Shown here: in pieces, positions 18,055 to 28,034 of the stretch
Numbering within the stretch: the first letter of the stretch is position 1
Layout of the letters: each line of letters opens with the position of its first letter
Origin: a virus
Taxonomy: Duplodnaviria > Caudoviricetes
Direction: 5' to 3' (one strand)
DNA length: 29,978 nt
IMG/VR virus record: IMGVR_UViG_3300038312_000108
Span: 1 to 29,978 of that record
Made by a program: the position numbers and the translations under genes
Notes under the pieces: generated by a model
Told to the model about the DNA's origin: nothing
Seen by the model: only the letters and a program-made list of their open reading frames with translations
Database searches by the model: none

Positions 18055-18212
18055 GTGAACCGCCATTAGGATTAATGCCCAGGGATATATGGGAATTACA
18101 ACGTCTGAGGGATGTCAAAAAAGCAATACAAAGATATTTGGAGGATGGTAGAAAAATCCCTATAGAATGGGTAAATGAATTTAATGAATTGCTTAATAAA
18201 CCAGTTAAGTAG
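18051..18212 (+). CDS. Small hypothetical phage protein (53 aa, MSEPPLGLMPRDIW...)
   Basis: Manual translation; ATGA overlap with the previous gene; followed by a terminator. Confidence 0.7.
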   Translation: MSEPPLGLMPRDIWELQRLRDVKKAIQRYLEDGRKIPIEWVNEFNELLNKPVK

Positions 18213-18241
18213 AGTCTTAGGAAACTAAGGCTTTTTATTTT
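18213..18241 (+). terminator. Rho-independent terminator
   Basis: AGTCTTAG-GAAA-CTAAGGCT then TTTTATTT. Confidence 0.7.
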
Positions 18242-18297
18242 ATAAAAATTTAATTGCGTTCTTAGTTCTGTAATGGAGTTAAGAGGGCACGGGAGGT

Positions 18298-18903
18298 ATG
18301 AAAATGTTAAAAAAAGAATTAACAGAGCTTTTAAAATCTGCAAAAGATGATGATAACATTGATGAAATTTTGGGTAAAGCTGAACCGGTTAAGGCACTTG
18401 TAAATAGTGGTTTAACTTTGGATGCATTTAAATCAAAATTGGAAAGTGATCCAAACTTTAAATCATTCGCAGACAGTGAAAAAGATAAACATTTGCAGAA
18501 GGGACTTGAGACTTTTAAGAAAAATAATTTACAAAGTTTAGTTGATACTGAATATAAAAAGCAGCATCCCGATGCAGACCCAAAAGATACTAAAATTGCA
18601 GAACTTGAAGCTAAGTATGAGCAAATGCAAAAAGATGCTGCACGGAAAGACCTTACTAATAAAGCATTACAAGCTATGACAGAAAAGAAACTGCCGACTG
18701 ATCTTGTTAATTTTATAGTTGGTGAAGATGAAAAAACAACTAAGGCAAACCTTGAGACTTTGACAGGAGTTTTAAGTAAACATGATGAAGCTCTCAAAAC
18801 TGAAATTTTAAAAGGCTCTTATAAACCGGGTGGACAGGGCGGCACAGAACCTACAAAAGAAACAGCAAAGGCTCAGATAAATTCTGTTTTTGGAATAAAA
18901 TAA
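18298..18903 (+). CDS. Capsid scaffolding protein (DUF4355-like)
   Basis: Charged helical protein 'KGLETFKKNNL...LPTDLVNFIVGEDE' directly upstream of the capsid gene. Confidence 0.82.
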   Translation: MKMLKKELTELLKSAKDDDNIDEILGKAEPVKALVNSGLTLDAFKSKLESDPNFKSFADSEKDKHLQKGLETFKKNNLQSLVDTEYKKQHPDADPKDTKIAELEAKYEQMQKDAARKDLTNKALQAMTEKKLPTDLVNFIVGEDEKTTKANLETLTGVLSKHDEALKTEILKGSYKPGGQGGTEPTKETAKAQINSVFGIK

Positions 18904-18927
18904 TTTTTTGAAAGGAAGTAATAAAGA

Positions 18928-19857
18928 ATGGCAAATAATATAAGTTATGCAACTTTATTTCAGCAGGCGCTTGACGAACAAATGATCCAGCAAGCAACTT
19001 CCGGATGGATGGAAGCTAATGCCGGACAAGTTATTTACAACGGAGGCAAGGACATTAAAATACCTAAAATTAATATGGATGGGCTTGGCAATTATGACAG
19101 AGTAGCAGGTTATCCAGGCGGAGCGGTTTCAAGCGAATATGAAACTAAGACAATGACTATGGACAGAGGCAGACAGTTTATGCTTGATGCTATGGATGTT
19201 AACGAAAGTAACTTTGTGGTAAATGCAAGCAGTGTAATGGCACAGTTCCAGAGATTAAAGGTTATTCCCGAAGTTGATGCTTACAGGTATAGCAAGATTG
19301 CACAATTAGCAATAGCAAAAGGTGCTGGTTATGCTGTTGGTGGTTATACTCCCGCTATTGCAGATATATATAGCAAACTTACAGCAGATATTGCAGCAAT
19401 ACAGGATAAAATAGGGGATATTCCTTTAATAGTTGTTATGAGCAGGCTTGTTAAAAATATTCTTGAGAATTCAACTGAATTTACGAAACAACTGCCGGCA
19501 ACCGATTTCGTACAAGGTAAAATAACTACAAAAGTGAATATGATTAATGATTGTCCTATAATTCCAGTGCCCTCATTAAGACTTAAGACTTTATATGATT
19601 TTTATGATGGCAAGACAACTGGTCAGACAGCAGGTGGATTTATACCAGATGCAGCTGCTAAAAATATTAATTGGCTTTTAATTGCACAGAACGCTCCGAT
19701 AGCTGTAAGTAAGACAGATAACATGAAGATTTTTGAGCCGGCACAGGTTCAGGATGCAGATGGTTATAAGATGGATTATAGAAAGTATCATGACCTCTGG
19801 ATACCTGATAATAAGATGGATGGCATATTTGCCAACATTAAGGAGGCTCTTGCATAA
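18928..19857 (+). CDS. Major capsid protein
   Basis: 'GGKDIKIPKINMDGLGNYDR', 'DAMDVNESNF', 'VIPEVDAYRYSK', 'YRKYHDLWI'. Confidence 0.9.
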   Translation: MANNISYATLFQQALDEQMIQQATSGWMEANAGQVIYNGGKDIKIPKINMDGLGNYDRVAGYPGGAVSSEYETKTMTMDRGRQFMLDAMDVNESNFVVNASSVMAQFQRLKVIPEVDAYRYSKIAQLAIAKGAGYAVGGYTPAIADIYSKLTADIAAIQDKIGDIPLIVVMSRLVKNILENSTEFTKQLPATDFVQGKITTKVNMINDCPIIPVPSLRLKTLYDFYDGKTTGQTAGGFIPDAAAKNINWLLIAQNAPIAVSKTDNMKIFEPAQVQDADGYKMDYRKYHDLWIPDNKMDGIFANIKEALA

Positions 19858-19994
19858 TGTTTAAAATGAAAAATTTAAATGTTGTGAGGATAGTTGAGAC
19901 AGAAGAACAAAAGGCAGCACTTGAAAGCCAAGGCTTTAAGGGAATAGTAGATACGGAAGTTAAGGATGATAAAGGCAAAAAAGCGACAAAGTAG
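19857..19994 (+). CDS. Small protein after capsid (45 aa)
   Basis: MFKMKNLNVVRIVETEEQKAALESQGFK...; TAATG overlap; RBS AAGGAGG. Confidence 0.7.
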   Translation: MFKMKNLNVVRIVETEEQKAALESQGFKGIVDTEVKDDKGKKATK

Positions 19995-20009
19995 TCGCCT
20001 TTTTATTTT
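19983..20009 (+). terminator. Rho-independent terminator
   Basis: GCGAC-AAAGTA-GTCGC then CTTTTTATTTT. Confidence 0.5.
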
Positions 20010-20021
20010 GGAGGCGATTAA

Positions 20022-20318
20022 ATGGCTGTTATAGATGATTTAAAAATATTGACTGGACAAAGTGAAGATATACTTAATATTTATATTCACCGTGCTAATG
20101 CAGCTATAAGAAGTTATTTGAGTATTGATAATACTGTTGATGTGGAAATAGCATATCCTGACGCAGTGATTGAATATGTGACTGAATGTATCTCTAAGAA
20201 GGGTAATGAAGGCATTAAACAGTTTACACAGGGCAACCGGCAAGGGACATATAATGACGGCCTTACAGAGGATGTAAAAGCTCTCTTACCACTTCCATAT
20301 GTAAAGATGATGGGGTGA
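20022..20318 (+). CDS. Head-tail connector (adaptor) protein
   Basis: Size, synteny, 'GNEGIKQFTQG..LLPLPYV'. Confidence 0.8.
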   Translation: MAVIDDLKILTGQSEDILNIYIHRANAAIRSYLSIDNTVDVEIAYPDAVIEYVTECISKKGNEGIKQFTQGNRQGTYNDGLTEDVKALLPLPYVKMMG

Positions 20319-20324
20319 TGTGGA

Positions 20325-20654
20325 ATGTACTGCAACAAAAGCGGGATTGAGATATATCAAAACGGTACAAGTACAACAGATGATTATGGGAATTATGTTC
20401 CTGGAACATCACAAATTGTTAAAGGCAATATAAGTTGTGATATGCAGCCATACAGCACGGAAAAACTGCAAAAGGATTACGGTTTTGATATTCAGGTTAC
20501 AAAACGTATTTTTATGGACTTAAATAATAATATTGTTGATTTAGTAGAGAGGCAGCATAAAACTTTGTACCTGAAAGATGGAACTACAGCTTATGAAATA
20601 CGTAAAATCGTTCCGTGGGATAATTACATGGAGGTGATGCTCTATGGCATTTGA
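20325..20654 (+). CDS. Putative head closure protein
   Basis: Synteny; 'DDYG...CDMQPYS...YEIRKIVPWDNY'. Confidence 0.65.
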   Translation: MYCNKSGIEIYQNGTSTTDDYGNYVPGTSQIVKGNISCDMQPYSTEKLQKDYGFDIQVTKRIFMDLNNNIVDLVERQHKTLYLKDGTTAYEIRKIVPWDNYMEVMLYGI

Positions 20655-20982
20655 AAGTCATTTGAATGAAGTTCTTAATGCTTTAAGCGAAGCAAGACAA
20701 GAGGCTTTAAATAATATAGGAACATTCGTAACAGCTGAAGCACAATTGAGAGCACCGGTTAAAACAGGTAACATGAGGCGAAGTACAACATTTGATATTG
20801 TAAGCGATAACGAGGTTGATGTTGGTGTTACGAATGAAGCTCCTTATGCACCCTACGTGGAGCTTGGTACAAGTAAGCAGCGTTCCCAAGCATTTTTAAA
20901 GCCTGCAGTGACAGATAATGTTGATAAATTGCAGGAGATAGCAGGGCAGTCAATTTCACTTCATATGGGCGGTGAAAAATAG
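20644..20982 (+). CDS. HK97 gp10-like neck/tail completion protein
   Basis: APVKTGNMRRS, YAPYVELGTSK, AFLKPA. Confidence 0.88.
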   Translation: MAFESHLNEVLNALSEARQEALNNIGTFVTAEAQLRAPVKTGNMRRSTTFDIVSDNEVDVGVTNEAPYAPYVELGTSKQRSQAFLKPAVTDNVDKLQEIAGQSISLHMGGEK

Positions 20983-21350
20983 TGCTTGATGTATACAAAT
21001 ACGTAACGGATAAGTTAAAAACTTTAGATACACAGCTTTATACGGATTATATTCCTACTGAGAAAACATATCCGTATGTTCAGTTTCAATTCCCTAATGT
21101 TTCACCGAATGGTTTTGGAGAATTGAACTTATTGCAGATTGATGTATGGGATAAAAGTACTTCTAATGTTCATGTTGAAACAATCACTGATAATATTGAT
21201 AAGCTGTTTAACAGGCATAATGAAACAACAAATGATTATTGTATTCAAACATATAGAAACACTCCATACAGGTTGAATATTCCGGATCCGGATATGGAAA
21301 TCCGGAGAAGACAATTGAGATATGTAATTAAAATTTATAGAAAGGAATGA
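20982..21350 (+). CDS. Tail terminator-like protein
   Basis: YPYV, LQIDVWD, RRRQLRY; synteny. Confidence 0.72.
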   Translation: MLDVYKYVTDKLKTLDTQLYTDYIPTEKTYPYVQFQFPNVSPNGFGELNLLQIDVWDKSTSNVHVETITDNIDKLFNRHNETTNDYCIQTYRNTPYRLNIPDPDMEIRRRQLRYVIKIYRKE

Positions 21351-21356
21351 TAGTTA

Positions 21357-22250
21357 ATGAGCGATATAAATACAAGTGGAGTAGCCACAACTGGTTATAA
21401 TACAAAGACCTTAAATCATTTGCTCTTAGATGCTGGTGCTCTTTATAAGAACTTCGCACTTGCAGATCAGGCTCTTATTGGCGCAACAAGCGGAGGTAAT
21501 GAGTTCGATGCCAAAGCAAAAATAAGACAGATAAAAGTTGATGGAGTTAAGGCAGCTAATGCAAAGGGATTAGAGGTTATTGATGATATAACAACCACAT
21601 TAAAGTGTAAATTCCTTGAGGTTACTGAGGAAATTTTAAAATCTGCACTTATTGCGGATGTAGACACAGCAACGGATAATAATTATGACATTTTAACAGG
21701 TAAAACTATTATTGAAGATGCTGATTATATTAAAAATATAGCTTGGGTTGGCACAATAAGTGGTAATCCGGGAAAACCAATTATAATCATAATTGATAAT
21801 GCTTTATGTCTTGATGGATTGCAGCTTAAAGCAGAGGATTCAAAAGATAATACACTTGATGTTACATTTACAGGCCATGCTGATCCAACAACTCCGCAAG
21901 CATTACCATATAAGATTTATTATCCGAAGTTAACTGATATGGTTGCATTTGTAATGAATAGTGCAGCAGTATCTGCAAACAAAATAATATTAACAATGAG
22001 TGATACTGTTGCCGCTACAGTGCCGCTTGATGGCTTTACGGTAAAGGTTGCTGGAAGTGCTGATATTATTACCGCAGCTACAAGGGGAGCAGATATAAAG
22101 ACAATAGAGTTAGCTCTCACAACAGCACCAACTACAGGGCAGGCGGTTACTGTTGCATATGCTAAACCTGTTGACACCGCAAAACAAGTCAAATCTGCTT
22201 CGGGTGTAGCACTTAACAACATTGCAACTACAAGCGTTTCAAATAGTTAA
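21357..22250 (+). CDS. Major tail tube protein with C-terminal Ig-like (SwmB-like) domain
   Basis: LLLDAGA..IGATSGG..IKVDG tube domain plus a ~100-aa Ala/Thr-rich beta extension (GQAVTVAYAKP). Confidence 0.82.
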   Translation: MSDINTSGVATTGYNTKTLNHLLLDAGALYKNFALADQALIGATSGGNEFDAKAKIRQIKVDGVKAANAKGLEVIDDITTTLKCKFLEVTEEILKSALIADVDTATDNNYDILTGKTIIEDADYIKNIAWVGTISGNPGKPIIIIIDNALCLDGLQLKAEDSKDNTLDVTFTGHADPTTPQALPYKIYYPKLTDMVAFVMNSAAVSANKIILTMSDTVAATVPLDGFTVKVAGSADIITAATRGADIKTIELALTTAPTTGQAVTVAYAKPVDTAKQVKSASGVALNNIATTSVSNS

Positions 22251-22254
22251 TTAT

Positions 22255-22288
22255 AGGTACTCTTAATTGAGTACCTTATTAATTTTTT
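22255..22288 (+). terminator. Terminator-like hairpin
   Basis: AGGTACTC-TTAATT-GAGTACCT followed by a T-rich tract. Confidence 0.6.
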
Positions 22289-22304
22289 ATGGAGGTAAAT
22301 TCAT

Positions 22305-22640
22305 ATGAGAAATTTAAAGACTTCTGATTTGTTTAGTTTAAGTAGAATACTGAAAAAAATGAATATAAAAGAAGATATAAAAAAGTTTGCAAAGGATGTC
22401 ACGGGAAAAACACCAGAGGAGAAAAAGAAAGCAGAGCAGGACATGGAAATTGAATTAGCAATGCTTTTTGTTGAAAATATAGGTGCTGCAGAAAAAGAGA
22501 TATATAAATTTTTTGGAGATCTTACTGGCAAGAGTGCAACTGACATTGAAAATATGGAATTAAAGAACTTTATGAACCTTGTACAAGAATTATTCAATCA
22601 GGAAGGTTTTGAAAGTTTTTTATCAACAGCATCCAAGTAG
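22305..22640 (+). CDS. Tail assembly chaperone (gpG analogue)
   Basis: Lies between tail tube and tape measure; slippery T TTT TTA at 22616-22622. Confidence 0.8.
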   Translation: MRNLKTSDLFSLSRILKKMNIKEDIKKFAKDVTGKTPEEKKKAEQDMEIELAMLFVENIGAAEKEIYKFFGDLTGKSATDIENMELKNFMNLVQELFNQEGFESFLSTASK

Positions 22641-22948
22641 ATGATGTTGACTGCTTGGATTTAATTTTAAGCAGATATAATTCATCTATTTTGGATTTAG
22701 ATTTTGAAATAGGATTCGAGCTTATTCAAAAAGCGTATAAAAAAGAAGTTTATAATAAGTTATGGCAAAGATGGCTTGTAGATTACGCAAGGATGGATGA
22801 TAAAACATTTATTGGATTTGAAGAATATAAAAATGAATTGCTAAAGCCTGCAAGAATTCCAGTTAAGCCTAAAGCTAAAACAAAAAAAGAGATATTTGAG
22901 CAATCGGATAGAATCATAGAAGCATGGAAGAAAGGAGGGTGTAAGTAG
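22616..22948 (+). CDS. Tail chaperone -1 frameshift extension (gpT analogue)
   Basis: The -1 frame is open from the slippery site (FINSIQVDDVDCLDLILSRY...) into ORF 22655-22948, which has only a TTG start and no RBS. Confidence 0.75.
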   Translation, partial: FFINSIQVDDVDCLDLILSRYNSSILDLDFEIGFELIQKAYKKEVYNKLWQRWLVDYARMDDKTFIGFEEYKNELLKPARIPVKPKAKTKKEIFEQSDRIIEAWKKGGCK

Positions 22949-23479
22949 TGGAGTTATTCAGTATATTTGGGAGAATACTTTTAAAAGATAACGGTGTAGA
23001 AAATAAGTTAAATTCAGTGACTAAAAAGGCAGAGGAAACAAGTTTAACAATATCAAAATTAGGCGAAAAAACGCAGTCATTTGGTGAAAGTCTATCCAAA
23101 GTTGGCAAAAGTTTATTTACGCATCTTACTCTTCCTATTGGAGCAGCAGCTGGGGCAGTTGTAAAGTTTGCAGACAAATCATCTGATTTATATGAAGCAC
23201 AAAATGTCGTTGAAAATACATTTAAAAAATCTGCCAAAGCCATTGAAGCGTGGACAAATACAACAGCAAAATCAGCAGGAATAAGTAAAACATCAAGCAG
23301 TCAATGGGTTGGATTTATGGGGGCTATGCTTAAGTCTTCCGGAGTTTCAGAGAAGGCTGCTGCAAATATGTCTAAAAATTTAGTTCAACTTACAGGCGAT
23401 ATGAGCTCTTTTTATAATATAAGTACTTCCGATATGTGGGAAAAGATAAGAAGTGGAATTTCAGGAGAAACTGAACCGT
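22948..23479 (+). CDS. Tape measure protein, exon 1
   Basis: MELFSIFGRILLKD start; ends ..GDMSSFYN..IRSGISGETEP(L). Confidence 0.9.
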
Positions 23480-23871
23480 TAATTTTAGCGGCTTAATAGA
23501 GCAATCTATTATGAAACTGTTGGTGAACGTAGGCAAAAACGGTGTGTGATTTAATCATGCTAACGGTAAAAATCTAAGTTATATATGAAGCCTTTAAGCA
23601 ATATGGTATAATAGTAATAGTAATATTTCAAGTGCTATTAAAAGAAATGGCACATTTAGAGGATATCATTTTAAATATATAATATGACAATACCGTGCTA
23701 AGCCAATATGACACTCAAAAGAGTGCCTTTTTTATTGGAAAGTGTAACGACTATTATGTAGGGCGGAGATTAGCACCGCTCGAAGTGCCAACTATCCTAT
23801 ATGGATAAAGAGATAGTCTAATCCGACTCTTAATTGAGTGTTAAAGTATAGAGAAATCTACGGTATAAATG
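23480..23871 (+). ncRNA. Group I self-splicing intron (392 nt, no intact ORF)
   Basis: P1 CCGU|...GCGG with U-G pair at the 5' splice site; P10 UUUUA/UAAAA; P4 ACGGTA/TACCGT; P3 GTTGGT/GCCAAC; P7 GACTAT/ATAGTC; terminal G at 23871. Removal restores GETEPL-KQLGINMS in frame. Confidence 0.93.
23619..23687 (+). pseudogene. C-terminal remnant of an intron homing endonuclease (NUMOD1-like)
   Basis: SNISSAIKRNGTFRGYHFKYII* with no start codon; preceded by TGGTATAAT. Confidence 0.55.
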
Positions 23872-26800
23872 TAAAACAGTTAGGTATTAATATGTCTGTC
23901 GTGAATTTAGAAACTTACGCAATGTCTCAAGGGATTAAAAAATCATATAAAGATATGTCACAGGCAGAGCAAACAACCTTAAGGTATAATTACCTTCTAA
24001 GTGTTACTAAAGATGCTCAAGGCGACTTTGGGCGTACTCTGAATGATAGTTTTGCCAATCAGGCAAGGGTTGCAAAATTAAACCTTGAAACATTAGTAAG
24101 CACTTTCGGCAGTAAGTTTCTACCTATTATAATGGATGGAACGAAAAAATTAAATGAATTTGGTACGGCCTTAAACAATGCTTTAAATGGTAAAAATGAA
24201 AGCGCTGTACTTGGTAAAACAATTAATAATATAGCAAATGCTATAAGTAAACTTACTTCTAAACAAATAAAAGGTATTATCGGTATTGGAGCGGCTCTTG
24301 CAACTCTCGGCCCTGGTATAAAGATTATTGGTAAGCTGACGGAAGGGACAGGCAAATTTGAAAAAGGCATAAGTAAAGCTGCTAAAACAGTAACTAACTT
24401 TAGTGGAAGGAGTATTTTATCAATTAAGAAATTTGGAGAATCAGCATCAAGCACACTTTCAAAGTTTGGAAACTTGGCTGTATTTAAAAAACTTGGTAGT
24501 GCGTTTGATACGTTACGGATAAAAGGACTTTATGCTTTTGACGCATTAAAAAATGGAGCTGCTTCAAAGTTTAATATTATAGGGAAAACAGCCAGTAAAG
24601 TATTTGGTAAATTACCATTTACCATTATAGGCCCATTAAACAAAATAAATGGCTTATTTAGCGCTGAAGTTCCAAAACTTAAGGCTGCATTTGGTAGACT
24701 TGGCGGTGAAGTGGCTGGTGGACTTAAACATGTAATGGGCTCAGTCTTAAAATTTATTAATCTTGCGGGTATTACGGGAGTATTATTAACAGGGTTTGGA
24801 GTTGCACAGGAAAAGTTCGGGAAACAAATTGATGAATTTGCCAATACAGCAATGACAAAAGGACCAGAAATAATAACAAAATTTGTACAGGGGATCATGA
24901 CGAAAATACCTGAACTAATTAATGCAGGTGTAACATTAGTTCAGACTCTCACAAATGTGATTATTGCTAATGCACCTGCTGTTATTAAAGGGGCAGTTCA
25001 GATAATTACAGCTCTAATTAATGGACTTGCTAACAATCTTCCAAGGCTTATTCCGGTTACATTGCAACTGATTCAAACTATTGTAATTGCGATAGTAGAT
25101 AATCTTCCAACGATAGTACAAGCAGGGTTAAATATACTTGTAGCTTTGGTTCAAGGTATTGCAAACAACATGGATAAAATAGTTGATACGATAGTTAAAG
25201 TTGTTGAAGAAATTATAAAAACTATAATACAAAATTTGCCGCAGATAATTCAGGCTGGAATACAGATTATAGTTGCTATTATACAAGGTATTTCAAAAGC
25301 AATTCCGCAATTAGTTGCTGCATTGCCGGAAATAGTTCATGCTATATGGGATGGCTTAAAAAGCGTTGACTGGGGAAGTTTAGGTAAAGCTATAATACAA
25401 GGTATTGGAGAAGGAATTAAGGCTGCTGCAGGTGGACTTTGGAATACTGTTAAGGGCATAGGGCATGATTTATTAACGGGCTTCAAGGCTATGTTTGGTA
25501 TTCATTCTCCTTCAACTGTGTTTAGGGATGAAGTTGGTAAGAATATAAGTCTTGGTATTGCTGAAGGTATAAAAGATGTTGATTTTATGCAGACGATTAG
25601 TGATATTTTAAATTATGGCACTGATGATGCTAAAACTTCAGCAAAGAAAGTTACAAATGCTGTAAATGATGAAATATCAAAAATAAAGGATAATACAGCT
25701 AAAGTAGTAAAGGATCTTAATACACAATTAACACAGTTATCAGGTCAAGAAGAAAAAGCACTAAGGGGTGTAAAAGGTAGTAGACGATATGCTATTCAGG
25801 ATGAGTATAATGAGAAAAAGAAAGTTATAAGAGATGAGATTCAGCTCCGCAAAGAGCAGGCTGATAAGGAAATTGAACAAATTAAGCGTATTGGCAAAAT
25901 GTCAAAAGAGGAATTGCAACAGGAACTGCAGAATAGAAAAAGTTTCGTCGATAGTGTAAATAGTTTAAATGAGCAGATAAAAAATGCATTAAAATCGAAG
26001 TATACCGAAGAAGAAAAAAAAGCGGAGGATAGTGTTAATAATCAAATTCATTACTGGGAAGATTGGAGAACGAAGTCTGAGGATGCTATAAATTCTGTAT
26101 TTGATGAAAAGAAGAAAAGGCTTGAAGAAGACCAAAAAGCTACAGAAGAAGCATTACAGGCTGAAGTTGATGAACTCGGCAATTGGAAAGATGAAAGCAT
26201 AAGGAATATTGAAAATGTATCTAATGCAAAAATAGCAGCGCTAAAGGCTCAAGAGGATGCACTGGATGAACAAGCTGCGGCAGAGGATAAGGCAGATAAG
26301 CATAAGGAATATGAGGATAAGATATTAGATCTGCAGTCTCAAATTGAATATAGCCATAATGGCTATAATACTGAAGAGCTTAAAAAACAATTAAAAGCTA
26401 CCCAGGCTGAATATAAAAAAGAACTCAATAAAGAAGCTATTGAGGATAAAAAGGCAGCTTTACGAACTCAAGAAGAAGCTATTAAAACTGATGCAGATAA
26501 ACAAAAACAAAATGTTGAAGATATATATTCTGTAAGAAAAGCTAATTTAAATAAAAGATTACAGGATAATAAAAAGTATTATGACAAGCAAAAAGCTTTG
26601 ATGGAGCAGGATAAAAAAGCTCAGTTAGATAATATTAATCAAATATACAATACAAATAAGAATACTCTTGATAAACAACTTACTGATGTACAGGTATTTT
26701 ACAGTAAAAAGCTTTCTGACGCAAATCTTGAAGCTGAAGCTGAAAAAATGATTATGCAAAAAAGTCAAGATGAAATTGTAGCTTTATTAAATTCCTACGG

Positions 26801-27137
26801 TGAGCAATATAAGGCTGCTGGTCAGACACTTGGGGAACGATTGGTAGAGGGTTTTGAACCGGCAATAGATAACATAAAAAGCATGATTTCAAGTATAACT
26901 GCTGAAATTAGTTCTGCAAGGGATAGCGCAATAAGTACTATGCAGACAGCAAGTACAGCAATAGGAATAAATAACATACCAAATACAAATACTTCAAAGA
27001 CTGTTTCTAATAATAGCAATACAGCAGTTACAAATAATTTTAATTTTACGCATAATAGCCCAACAAAAGTAACACCATCTGAAGAAAAACGGCAAGATGA
27101 ATCCTTCTTTAGAAAAGCAGCTTATCAATTAGCTTAG
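23872..27137 (+). CDS. Tape measure protein, exon 2 (spliced product 1265 aa)
   Basis: KQLGINMS..LRYNYLL..AQGDFGRT; hydrophobic repeats (NLPQIIQAGIQII), FGIHSPS, coiled coil. 532+3266 nt = 1266 codons including stop. Confidence 0.9.
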
Positions 27138-27149
27138 GCAGGTGAAAGT

Positions 27150-28031
27150 ATGGAGAAAGTAACGTATACAAACTCAAAGGGCCAGAGTATTGAATTAAAT
27201 AGTTTGGGCCCTTTTTATTTATCTAGTATAACCGGCACGGGTACAAATAAAATAACTATAACAACGTCAAAAGGGCCTGGGCAAGATGGTGTAACTGTTG
27301 ATGATACATTGCTTGAAGAAAAAAGTCCAGCAATAGAAGGAGCTATAATAGGCATTTCTCTTGAAGATGCTTACAAGAAACGTAGACAGTTGTGTAATGT
27401 CTTCAATCCAAAATATGCCGGCACATTAAAATATGAAAATGACGCAGGAACTTACAAAATTGATTGTATACCTCAGGACAGTCCAACATTTAAAAATACT
27501 GATTCCGTTGCTCAGGAGTTTCAAATTCAGTTGTTTGCTCCAAATCCATTTTGGAAAGGTACTCAAGAAAGTAAATCAGAACTAGCTAAATGGTTAGGTG
27601 ATTTTAGTTTCCCTCTTGAAATACCGGCGGATGGCATACAAATGGGGCATAGGCAACCAAGCACAATAATAAATATCTTTAACCCTGGGGATGTATCATG
27701 CGGGTTAAGAGTTGTGTTTACTGCACTTGCTACTGTGGTAAATCCTTCAATAATGAATGTTAACACACATGAGCAGATAAAAATTAAAAAATCAATGATG
27801 CAAGGTGATATTATAACGGTTTACACAGGCTACGGTAATAATAAAGCTGAATACACAGCTAAAGGAAATACAGAGTTTACGAACGCTTTAGGTCTAATAG
27901 ATTTATTAAATACTACATTGCCATTTATGAAACTCAACCCGGGTGACAATTTGATTAAATATAATGCAGATACCAATGTTAATAATTTGGAGTGCTCAAT
28001 ATATTATTTGCCTCAATATATGGGGGTGTAA
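27150..28031 (+). CDS. Distal tail protein (Dit)
   Basis: PGQDG, FNPK..GTLKY, APNPFW, NPGDV, LNPGDN; follows the tape measure gene. Confidence 0.85.
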   Translation: MEKVTYTNSKGQSIELNSLGPFYLSSITGTGTNKITITTSKGPGQDGVTVDDTLLEEKSPAIEGAIIGISLEDAYKKRRQLCNVFNPKYAGTLKYENDAGTYKIDCIPQDSPTFKNTDSVAQEFQIQLFAPNPFWKGTQESKSELAKWLGDFSFPLEIPADGIQMGHRQPSTIINIFNPGDVSCGLRVVFTALATVVNPSIMNVNTHEQIKIKKSMMQGDIITVYTGYGNNKAEYTAKGNTEFTNALGLIDLLNTTLPFMKLNPGDNLIKYNADTNVNNLECSIYYLPQYMGV

Positions 28032-28034
28032 GAC

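Noticed and set aside
17146-18212. MuF toxin-immunity pair
   Set aside because: The MuF protein ends shortly after HPGCRC with no toxin extension.
22259-23839. Identical 14-mer ACTCTTAATTGAGT in the tail terminator (22259) and the intron 3' hairpin (23826)
   Set aside because: A short AT-rich hairpin motif that plausibly arose twice; no flanking similarity.
23838-23871. Independent start of a 1099-aa ORF (GTG 23838)
   Set aside because: It lies inside the intron 3' end with no RBS; the downstream frame is exon 2 of the tape-measure gene.
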